NCBI GenBank assembly: GCA_045656345.1
Contig: JAZOQZ010000062.1
Location: forward strand, 50-64,049
Direction of reading: 5' to 3'
Origin: Clostridia bacterium
GTDB taxonomy: Bacteria > Bacillota > Clostridia > UMGS1840
Length of the DNA stretch: 64,000 nt
Shown here: in pieces, positions 36,629 through 45,600 of the stretch
Layout of the letters: each line of letters begins with the position of its first letter
Position numbering within the stretch: the stretch's first letter is position 1
Made by a program: the position numbers and the translations under genes
Notes under the pieces: model-generated
Database searches by the model: none
Told to the model about the DNA's origin: nothing
What the model saw: only the letters and a program-made list of their open reading frames with translations

Positions 36629-39600
36629 TTACGATTCCGAAACAATAACAGGGTCTTTTTCGGAGGTGTGGCCGTCTTTTTTAAATTTTCTGAAAAGTTT
36701 TTCTTTGAGTTGTTCCAACACCATATATACGCAGGGGACAAATACCAGTGTCAGTATGGTGGAAACGGTTAAGCCGCCGATAAAGGAAACGGCAAGAGGT
36801 TGCATCAGTTCTGCACCTTCCCCTTGGGAGAGTGCCATGGGGAATAACCCTAAAATGGTGGTGATGGTGGTGATTAAAATGGGGCGGATTCTGGCAACGC
36901 AGGAGGTTTTTAATGCATCATACAGAGAAACGCCGTCTCTTCGCAGTTGGTTTGCATAATCGATTAACACAATGGCATTGTTTACCACCACGCCGCTTAA
37001 AGCGATGATACCGATCAGGGCAGGGATAGAAAGCGACATTCCTGCAATCATTAATGCAATCACAATCCCGATCATAGACAGAGGAATTGCAAACATTACG
37101 GCAAAGGGATGCAAAAGAGATTCAAACTGTGCCGCCATAACCATATATACCAACAACACGGATACCAACAGCATCAGAAACAGAAGACTAAAGGATTCTT
37201 CCATTTCTTTTGCGGAATCCCCTGTGGTGATGGTGTAGCCGTTTTCCACAGGAATACCTTTTAGGAAGGATTCAATGTCTGTGTTGATTTCGCCTGGGGT
37301 TCTGCCGTATGCTGTGGCAGAAACGGTCACAATACGTTCTTTTGCGTTACGGGAAATGGACAGGGGAACTGCTTCCTTCTGAATGGTGGCAAGGTCCGAT
37401 AGGGGAATCTGCATTCCCGTAGGAGCAGCAATCATAATGTTGCCCAGATCTTCTTTGGTGTTGCGGTATTGTTCACCGTAGCGAACCATCACGTCGTATT
37501 CATTTCCGTCAATGCGGACAGAACCTGCCTGGCTGCCTAAAAATGCAGTTTGCACCGTCTGTGCAATGCTTCTGGCGGAAATGCCGTACAGAGCGGTTTT
37601 GTCACGATCAATTTCAATATTGTATTCGTAAGACACTTCGTCTAAGGTGGTGGACACATCACGCACACCGTCCAGCCCCATCAGATAGACCTTGCATTCG
37701 TTGGCAAGACGTTGCAATTCGTCAAAATCGTCTCCCTGAATATTGATACCTACATTACTGCCGGTGCCCATTAGCATAGAGGTCATATCGGAGGCGGAAA
37801 CAGAAATTTCCACTCCTGCGAAATCCCGGGTGGCACTGCGGATTTCTTCGGCAATATCTTCGGAGGAATAGCTTCTGTTTTTTCGGTCTTCCAGCAACAG
37901 GGTGATGGTTCCGGTGCTGCTGTCGGAGGCAGAAACAAAGCTCATACCGCCGGAACCGTAACTTTCCATACAGTCGGTTACACGAACCAAAGGAGTTACC
38001 CGTTCCATTACGGCGGTGAGAATTTCGTTCCCAACCTTCTTGGTTTCAGATAATTCGGTGCCTTTTGGGAGTTGCAGAGTAATCTGCACACTTCCGCTAT
38101 CGGTGGCAGGAAACATTTCCATTCCTAACAGGGCAGTTCCGCCAAGACTTAGGAGGAAGATGATAAGACCGCCGATAATTACCAGTTTTTTATGATGGAA
38201 TGCGTATTCTAAAATATCGTTGAATTTGTTTGCCAGACGGCTTTCTTTGGTTTCTTTTTTGGTTGCTTTGGTATCTAACCTCAGGATTTTGGAACAAAGA
38301 ACAGGCACCAGAGTCAGAGAAACCAGCAAGGATGCCCCCAAAGCGAACATAATGGTCATTGACACTTCTTTAAACATAGTGATGGCAATATTATCGCTCA
38401 TAAAGAATAAGGGAATATACACCGCCACAGAGGTTAAAGTGGATGCCACAACAGCCATTGCCACGGTTTTGGTTCCTAAAACGGCTGCTTCGGTTTTGGA
38501 GTATCCTTTTTCTAAGTAACCGTAAATGCTTTCCAGCACAACCACCGAGTTGTCTACCAACATTCCGACACCAAGAACCAATCCCGAGAGAGACATGGTA
38601 TTGAAGGTCATTTTGTTGAAATACATAAACACGAACGTAACAATGATGGAAATGGGGATTGCACATCCGATTACAATGGTGGAGCGGAAGTTTCTTAAGA
38701 ATACAAACAGCACTAAAACTGCAAACAGTGCCCCCCACAGACCGGATTCCAACAGGGAATTGATAGAATCCTTGATGCTTTCTGCCTGATCTAAAATCAC
38801 GATATAGCGCATTCCGTTGTAATCTTCGCAGATTTGATCAAGCTCTGCAGTCAACGCTTCACAGACCTCGGTAGTGCTGTGAGTGGGTTGTTTATACATA
38901 TAAAAACTGATAGCACCTTCACCGTTTACGGAAACAGAAGATTCGCTGTCTTTAGGAGCAATGGAAATATCGGCAAGTTCGGATAATTTCACATTGCCGT
39001 AAACCGTTTGTATAACCAGGTTTTGGATTTCTTCTAAAGAGGTGATGTCTGCTTTGGTTTTGATGGTAAAGGTGTTGTGACCTTCCACCACCTGACCGCC
39101 GGGAAGAGTGGCACTTTCCAACTGGATGATACTTGCCAGCTGGGTGAAGCTGATGCCAAACTGATCCATCTTTTCCTTTCGCACATCCATCTGAATCTGA
39201 TTGTCGTGCACCCCGGTAGCAGTTACGGATGCCACCCCGGAAACCGATTCCAGACGGTCAATCAAGGAGTTTTCTGCCAAGTTGGAAAATTCCGTGAAAC
39301 CGGTGGGGCTGGTCATTGTTACGGCAAGAGCAGGCATCTGATTGGTGTCTAACTCCATAATGATGGGATCGGAAGCTTCACTGGGCAGGAGAGCGTCAAT
39401 CATACTGATTTGTTCGCGCACCTTCAGTGCTGTGAAGTTCATATCCGCGTCGGAAGAAACCTCGATCATCACCATGGAACTTCCGTAAGAAGAAGTTGAG
39501 GTCACATTCACAAAGTTAGGGACAGTGGAAACCGCCTGTTCAATCGGTTCGGTTACCAATTTTTCCACCTCTTCAGGTCCTGCACCGGAATAAGTGGTCA

Positions 39601-39742
39601 TTACGATAATATTGGGCATAGAAACGTCCGGAAGTAAAGACTGATCCATATTGATGGTGGAAATTCCGCCGAATACCAGCATCATAATGGTCACCATCAG
39701 AACGGTAACCGGCCGTTTCATCAATCCTTTAAAAAAACTCAT
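36629..39742 (-). CDS. RND efflux transporter permease subunit (AcrB/HAE family)
   Basis: 1037 aa with a 12-TM/2-large-loop duplicated architecture. Typical N-terminus FFKGLMKRPVTVLMVTIMMLVFGG and conserved VGMLVDNSVVVLESI / SGVVVNNAIVLIDY. Confidence 0.92.
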   Translation of the reverse strand: MSFFKGLMKRPVTVLMVTIMMLVFGGISTINMDQSLLPDVSMPNIIVMTTYSGAGPEEVEKLVTEPIEQAVSTVPNFVNVTSTSSYGSSMVMIEVSSDADMNFTALKVREQISMIDALLPSEASDPIIMELDTNQMPALAVTMTSPTGFTEFSNLAENSLIDRLESVSGVASVTATGVHDNQIQMDVRKEKMDQFGISFTQLASIIQLESATLPGGQVVEGHNTFTIKTKADITSLEEIQNLVIQTVYGNVKLSELADISIAPKDSESSVSVNGEGAISFYMYKQPTHSTTEVCEALTAELDQICEDYNGMRYIVILDQAESIKDSINSLLESGLWGALFAVLVLFVFLRNFRSTIVIGCAIPISIIVTFVFMYFNKMTFNTMSLSGLVLGVGMLVDNSVVVLESIYGYLEKGYSKTEAAVLGTKTVAMAVVASTLTSVAVYIPLFFMSDNIAITMFKEVSMTIMFALGASLLVSLTLVPVLCSKILRLDTKATKKETKESRLANKFNDILEYAFHHKKLVIIGGLIIFLLSLGGTALLGMEMFPATDSGSVQITLQLPKGTELSETKKVGNEILTAVMERVTPLVRVTDCMESYGSGGMSFVSASDSSTGTITLLLEDRKNRSYSSEDIAEEIRSATRDFAGVEISVSASDMTSMLMGTGSNVGINIQGDDFDELQRLANECKVYLMGLDGVRDVSTTLDEVSYEYNIEIDRDKTALYGISARSIAQTVQTAFLGSQAGSVRIDGNEYDVMVRYGEQYRNTKEDLGNIMIAAPTGMQIPLSDLATIQKEAVPLSISRNAKERIVTVSATAYGRTPGEINTDIESFLKGIPVENGYTITTGDSAKEMEESFSLLFLMLLVSVLLVYMVMAAQFESLLHPFAVMFAIPLSMIGIVIALMIAGMSLSIPALIGIIALSGVVVNNAIVLIDYANQLRRDGVSLYDALKTSCVARIRPILITTITTILGLFPMALSQGEGAELMQPLAVSFIGGLTVSTILTLVFVPCVYMVLEQLKEKLFRKFKKDGHTSEKDPVIVSES

Positions 39743-41079
39743 TCGGTCACCACTCCTTCTTCGTGTTCTTTCACAACACGAACCTTAACGCCGTCGGACA
39801 CGGTGTGCTGTCCGCGGGATACCACACGGTCTCCTTTTAAAACGCCTTCTAAAATTTCGGCAGTTTCATTGTTTTTCATTCCTAAGGTTACGGGTGTTTT
39901 GGTAACGATGCCGTCTTTTTCTATGTACACAAAGGTGTTGTCATCTTCGGTGATAATGGTTTCTAAGGGAAGAAGAATGGTTTCTTCTGCTTCGTTCATC
40001 AGAAAATTCACCGTACCAACCATTCCGGGTTTTACGGTGGAATCTGCATTGTCAATCTCGATAATAACGGTATATCCGCCACTCTGAGCGGTCACACCGG
40101 GAGAAACAGAGGTAACCGCCGCTTCCACGGTTTTATTTGCTGAATTTACGGTAACAGAAGCAGTTTGCCCCACGTGAATGAGGTTAATCATACTTTCAGG
40201 AACGGTCAATTTAAACTGAATTCTGGAAATATCAGCAATCTGATACAAAGCTCCTGTTGCCATTTCGCCGATTTTCGCATTTTCCAGCACCACCACACCA
40301 TTGATAGGAGACGTGATATTCATATCCGACAGGGAATTCTGTGCCGCTTCCAGCTGTGCCAACAACACGTTTCGTCCTGCAGTGGCGCTGGTAACACCGG
40401 CGTTTGCCGAAACCACATTTTCGTCTGCGGTCTGTTTTGCCAGCTCCACTCCGCGAGTAGCGTTGTTGTATGCAACTTTGGAGGTTTCATAAGCAGACAG
40501 TGCCGCCTGATACTGTCCTTGCACCGACTCAAAGTTCACACGGGAAATATTGCCCTGTTCGTAGAGCACTTTCATATTTTCGTAGTTGGTGGTTTGCAGA
40601 TCCAGATTGATTTTTGCCTGATCCAAGGCGCTTTTTGCCTGGGCGAGTGCTAAATCTGCCTGCATAACAGTTTGTTCGTAACCAACTCCCTGAGCACGGC
40701 TGGAGCTGATCTGGGCAGATTCGATGCCTGCATTTGCCTGCTCCAGCTGTGCGCTGATTGATTTCACAGTTTGTAACACATCGGTTTTATCCAGTGTGCA
40801 GAGCAAATCTCCCTGAGAGACAGTGTCCCCCAGTTTCGCATTAAGTGATAAAATTTTGCCGGGCGTTTTAGCAACCACAGTTGCTTCAGCGATAGGGGAA
40901 GCAGAGCCGGACAGGGTGTAATGCTCCTGCATTGCACCGGAAATTGCTGTGGTGATTTCCACGGGAATCCCGGGATTTTCCTGAGGAGTTTCGCTGCCGC
41001 CGCATCCGGCGAGAGACAGCAACATTGTAAGTGTAAGAAGTAGTGCAATCTGTTTTTTCATCATCATAAGGGTCCTCAC
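39739..41079 (-). CDS. RND efflux periplasmic adaptor (membrane fusion protein, HlyD family), lipoprotein
   Basis: Lipobox LSLAGC, biotinyl/lipoyl-like hairpin (GDTVSQGDLLCTLD), long alpha-helical hairpin, beta-barrel and MP domains. Overlaps the RND start by 4 nt. Confidence 0.88.
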   Translation of the reverse strand: MRTLMMMKKQIALLLTLTMLLSLAGCGGSETPQENPGIPVEITTAISGAMQEHYTLSGSASPIAEATVVAKTPGKILSLNAKLGDTVSQGDLLCTLDKTDVLQTVKSISAQLEQANAGIESAQISSSRAQGVGYEQTVMQADLALAQAKSALDQAKINLDLQTTNYENMKVLYEQGNISRVNFESVQGQYQAALSAYETSKVAYNNATRGVELAKQTADENVVSANAGVTSATAGRNVLLAQLEAAQNSLSDMNITSPINGVVVLENAKIGEMATGALYQIADISRIQFKLTVPESMINLIHVGQTASVTVNSANKTVEAAVTSVSPGVTAQSGGYTVIIEIDNADSTVKPGMVGTVNFLMNEAEETILLPLETIITEDDNTFVYIEKDGIVTKTPVTLGMKNNETAEILEGVLKGDRVVSRGQHTVSDGVKVRVVKEHEEGVVTE

Positions 41080-41082
41080 TTT

Positions 41083-42189
41083 CTACACACCGTAGGTGAT
41101 TTCGTAACGGTATTGTTCCACTGCCAGCTTGTAGGACAGTTTTGCGCTTTCCAATTCGGTCTGGCACTGAAGCAATTCCGTTTGTATGTTCACAAGTTCT
41201 AAGTTGGTAATCATACCCATTTCAAATTTGAGCTTTGCGGTGTCGTATTCCCGCTGTTTCACCATTAATGCCATCTGGGCAATTTCTAAGTTTCCTTTTT
41301 TGGTGGCGATATTGTTGTATGCTGCCTGAATAGACAGACCAATCAGTTTGGAGTTGGAGTTGTAAGTGTATTGACTTTGCAGGTAAGTGCTTTCTGCAGT
41401 CTGATAGTCTGCGGTGTTTGCGGCGGTAATTTTCTGAGTGATGGTAAAATATAATTCATCCAGTGCCGCCAGTTCCCGCAAGGATATTACATCGTAACGG
41501 GTATTCATGGCAGAGGCGATGTCTTCTGTAACGTCGGAATTGTAATCTTCGTATGTGATTGCATCAGTCAGCGAGAAGGTGCAGGGGCCTTCTATTCCCA
41601 ATGTGATTTTAAAGTCTTCATTGGCAAGAGCAAGATTGCGCATCGCATCTTCCAGAGCGTGGGTGGTTCTTTTTACCTGGATTTCTGCATTGGATACTTC
41701 CAGCTCGGAAACCATCCCCAGTGAAAACTGTGTGGACACAATCTGAAGATTATCGTTTGCCATTTGAACACCGTTTTGGTGAATGAGTACCAGCTGTTCC
41801 GCCAGTTTGATATTGAAATATTTTTCAGTCACCTGATAGGAAATGCGGTTGGTAATCTGCTGAATTTCAGCTTCAGCCATACGGATTTGCATCTCTTGTG
41901 CCGCCACGGCATAACCGTTTTTCACATAAATCAGTTCGTTTATGGCAATCGGAGATTTTTTGGCAGCACGTTGATCGCTTTTTGCCACAGACAGAGATGT
42001 TTCTGCCGCTTTCTTTTTAACCTGACATGCCACCAGCTGACCGTTGTTGGAAAGTGCTGTTTGAATAGCGTCTTCCAATGTGAGGATATACACGGTGGCG
42101 TTTGTGGGTTCTTCCGCATAGCAGGGAGTGATAAGTGTCAGCGCTGCTACCAGAAGGATTGCACAAAGTTTTTCAATCTTTTTTATCAT
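41083..42189 (-). CDS. TolC-like outer membrane efflux protein family (OEP) member, short form
   Basis: Signal peptide, then LTLEDAIQTALSNNGQLVACQ..., typical of the first OEP repeat. A second repeat lies around LSLTDAI.... At 368 aa it is shorter than classical TolC. Confidence 0.7.
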   Translation of the reverse strand: MIKKIEKLCAILLVAALTLITPCYAEEPTNATVYILTLEDAIQTALSNNGQLVACQVKKKAAETSLSVAKSDQRAAKKSPIAINELIYVKNGYAVAAQEMQIRMAEAEIQQITNRISYQVTEKYFNIKLAEQLVLIHQNGVQMANDNLQIVSTQFSLGMVSELEVSNAEIQVKRTTHALEDAMRNLALANEDFKITLGIEGPCTFSLTDAITYEDYNSDVTEDIASAMNTRYDVISLRELAALDELYFTITQKITAANTADYQTAESTYLQSQYTYNSNSKLIGLSIQAAYNNIATKKGNLEIAQMALMVKQREYDTAKLKFEMGMITNLELVNIQTELLQCQTELESAKLSYKLAVEQYRYEITYGV

Positions 42190-42218
42190 ACGATACTTCC
42201 TTTCTTGTATCCTTTATT

Positions 42219-42239
42219 TACAATGGCTTTGCCATTGTA
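42219..42239. promoter_or_regulatory. Perfect 9-bp-arm palindrome overlapping the -10 of the efflux operon promoter (candidate operator)
   Basis: TACAATGGC-TTT-GCCATTGTA. On the minus strand a TTGACG (42258-42263), an 18-nt spacer and TACAAT (42234-42239) form the promoter. Confidence 0.5.
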
Positions 42240-42363
42240 TCACGGATTTTTACGGTTCGTCAATTGTTTTCACAAAAATTACATATAAAATATGGAAAAT
42301 CATCCGTGTTTTTTCTTGTTTTTTATAAAATTTTAAAAAATTAAAAAAAATGCAAAAAAAGTA

Positions 42364-42392
42364 TTGACAAATGCAATTTCTTTTGATATAAT
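42364..42392 (+). promoter_or_regulatory. Sigma-A type promoter for tRNA-Val
   Basis: TTGACA, 17-nt spacer, TATAAT (consensus on both hexamers). Confidence 0.75.
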
Positions 42393-42424
42393 ACCCCTTG
42401 CTTGATGAGAGCAACCGAAAATTT

Positions 42425-42500
42425 GGGAGCATAGCTCAGCTGGGAGAGCATCTGCCTTACAAGCAGAGGGTCATAGGTTCGAGCCCTATTGTTCCCACCA
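42425..42500 (+). tRNA. tRNA-Val (anticodon UAC), encoded CCA
   Basis: GGGAGCATAGCTCAGCTGGGAGAGC D-arm, anticodon loop CT-TAC-AA, T-arm GGTTCGAGCCC, 3' CCCACCA. Confidence 0.9.
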
Positions 42501-42501
42501 C

Positions 42502-42537
42502 AAAAAGTCCGTACACGAATGTGTGCGTACTTTTTTG
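42502..42537 (+). terminator. Terminator after tRNA-Val
   Basis: AGTCCGTACAC-GAAT-GTGTGCGTACT followed by TTTTTT. Confidence 0.65.
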
Positions 42538-42571
42538 TTATCATACGAATGTATAAAAAAATAAAAAACTA

Positions 42572-42600
42572 TTTACAAAAGAAGAAAAATATGGTATAAT
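42572..42600 (+). promoter_or_regulatory. Promoter of the LRR protein gene
   Basis: TTTACA, 17-nt spacer, TGgTATAAT extended -10. Confidence 0.6.
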
Positions 42601-42649
42601 AATTCAAATTTTGATTTTTTATCAGAATCAATCAGAAGGAGAAAAAGTT

Positions 42650-45600
42650 ATGAAAAAGAAGATTTTCGCGTTATTCACAGCGATTGTTCTTTGTGTTACG
42701 AGCCTCGGCGTGATGAGTGCATCTGCGGCAACCGTGGCAAGCGGAAATTGCAGCAGTACTGTAAGCTGGACGCTGGATTCCGAAGGAACCCTGACAGTCA
42801 GCGGTACCGGTGCAATGCCTGATTATGAGGCAACCACCTTTCCCTGGTACAGCCAGAGAAACAGCATTACAAAGGTGGTTATCGGAAATGGAGTGACCAC
42901 AATCGGTGCTTATGCATTTCGTTCCTGCAAAAGTATTACTGAGGTTTCAGTTGCAAACAGCGTGCTTTCCATTGGGGAATATGCCTTTGCCAACGATGAA
43001 GGACTGACCAAGGTCACCTTGGGCAATAAGCTACAATCCATTGGTAATAATGCGTTTTATAACTGTAAAACGCTGGCAAACGTTACCATTCCCGACAGTG
43101 TTATCACGTTGGGGAGCGATGTATTTAGTACCTGTCCTGCTCTGACTACCGTTGTGATTGGAAATGGTGTGGAAGTCATTCCGGAAAATGCGTTCCGCGG
43201 CTGCTCTAAGCTGACCAATCTGACCATTGGCTGCGGCGTGTTTGAGATTGCTGCAAATGCATTCTATAACTGCTCCGCTTTGAAAAACGTTACCTTTATA
43301 GGGACCGAATCCCAGTGGAGTAAAATTACCATTGCTGAAAGCGGAAACGATGCTTTGAAAAATGTATCCGTGCAGGCGACTGCTCCGGATAACGGATGTG
43401 GAGCCAATGCTACCTGGAGCTTTGCTGACGGAACCTTAACCATCAGCGGTTCGGGTGCGATGGCGAATTATAATGCCTACAATTGTCCTTGGTTGAATTT
43501 GAAAAGCGATATTACAAAGATTGTGATTGCAGACGGCATTACCAGTGTGGGCTCTTATGCCTTTGGTGGTTGCAATAACTTGGGTGAAATTACGTTGCCG
43601 GACAGTGTGACCAGAATTGGGGAGCGTTCTTTCAATAATTGCGACAGCCTGACGGAGTTTACTGTTTCGGATTCTGTGACCTATATTGGCGATTATGCTT
43701 TTGCAAACTGTGATAAACTTGCATCTGTGGATTTAGGTTACGGAGTGGTAACCATAGATACATACGCATTTTACAATTGTGATTCTTTAGAAACTGTTAA
43801 GATACCCAACAGCGTGACAACTATGGGGTCATTTGCTTTTAGTGCCAGTGGAGCCTTAAAGGAAGTAATGCTTGGAAGCGGACTCACAACAATCAGCAGT
43901 TCTGCTTTTCGTAGTTGTTCCGGGTTGGAAAAGGTGACCATTAGCGGTACTGTAGCTTCCGTTGGCGAATCCGCTTTTCAGGGATGTTCTGCGTTGAAGG
44001 ATGTGTATTTCAGAGGAGATGCACAAAAATGGGCGGCTGTGTCCATTGGTTCCAATAACACAGCTTTAACAAGTGCAACCATCCATTATGCTACAGCGGA
44101 TATCTGTGGAGAAAATCTGACCTGGAATCTGGACGAAAACGGCACCTTAACCGTTACCGGTACCGGCGAAATGTATGACTTTACTGCTTACAATATGCCT
44201 TGGTACAGTCAGCGAAACAACGTGAAAAAGGTTGTGATTGCAGACGGTGTGACCAATGTAGGAACCTGGGCGTTCTATAATCATTCCAACTTAGAAGAGA
44301 TTTCTTTCGGCGACACTGTCACCAATATCGGTCTGCGAGCGTTTGCTTCCTGCAAAAATCTGGTAAGCATCAATTTAGAAGGCAACATCACCACTGTGGG
44401 TGACTATGCTTTTGCGAGCTGTGAAGCGGCAAAGGAAATTGTGTTCGGAGAAAATGTAACAACCGTTGGAAATGATGCTTTTTATAATTGCAAAGGCTTA
44501 ACGGAATTGACTCTGCCTGCACACATCACCACTTGGGGAGAACGTGCATTTACCTCCTGTAGCAATCTTACCAAGGTTACTCTGGAAGATGGCATTGATA
44601 CGATTGGAACGTCTATGTTCCACGGCTGCAGCAAGCTGGAAACCATCACCATTCCCGCAACCGTAACCGTAATCGGTAATGCAGCATTTCGTGATTGTAA
44701 TGCCCTCAGGGATGTTTATTATCCGGGAACCGAGGAACAATGGAACGCAATTACCGTTGGAACTCAGAACACTGCATTGGAGAATGCCACCGTGCATTTT
44801 GCATCCGAAGAAGGAATCTGCGGAGATAATTTGATTTGGTATCTGGATACTGACGGAGTTTTAACCATCAGCGGTATCGGTGCTATGTATGATTACAACG
44901 AAGAAGCAACCCCCTGGGCAGAATTTTCGGACAGCATCATTTCTGTTGTGATTTCCGAAGGGGTTACCTCCATCGGTGATGGTACATTCTCTGCTTTGGG
45001 AAATTTAGAAGCGATTACCATTCCTGCGAGTGTAACAACAATCGGAGAAGCAGTATTCTTCGGTTGTGATAAATTGGCAGACATTACTGTAGCAGAAGAA
45101 AATTCTGCATACTGCGCTGTTGATAATGTATTATTTAACAAAGACCAAACTATTCTGATTCAGTATGCAAGCGGAAAAGAAGACACCGCCTACACCATTC
45201 CCGACGGAGTTGAAACCGTTGAAAAGGGTGCATTTGCAGCTACTGTTCTTGAAAGCTTGACGGTGCCCAACAGCGTTACCACCATTAAGGAAAATGCCTT
45301 TGCTTCCTGCACTGCATTAACCAATATTTTCTATGACGGCTTCCAATCTGATTGGGAACAGATGATTTCTGAATATGCCGGAAATGAAGCACTTGCCAAT
45401 GCTACTGCACAGTTCTCCTGCTATGAAGGAACCTGCGGCGAAAATGTGACCTGGCAGTTGGATACCCTGGGAACCTTAACCATCAGCGGTACCGGTGATA
45501 TGGCAGATTTCGAATCTCGTAAGGCTCCATGGTATAGCTTAAGAAACAATATTCAAAAGGTAATTGTGGAAGATGGAATCACTTCCATCGGAACCTGGGC

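Noticed and set aside
36473-36772. Short plus-strand ORFs (61-114 aa) in the mraZ upstream region and over the RND terminator
   Set aside because: They lie in T/A-homopolymer-rich promoter and terminator DNA and run through the RND terminator and into the antisense of the RND 3' end. They have no RBS.
40165-42288. Long plus-strand ORFs (162 aa at 40165-40653, 174 aa at 41764-42288) antisense to the MFP and TolC-like genes
   Set aside because: These are antisense frames of coiled-coil-rich genes: Cys/His/Phe-rich nonsense with no RBS. The annotated minus-strand genes have clear family motifs.
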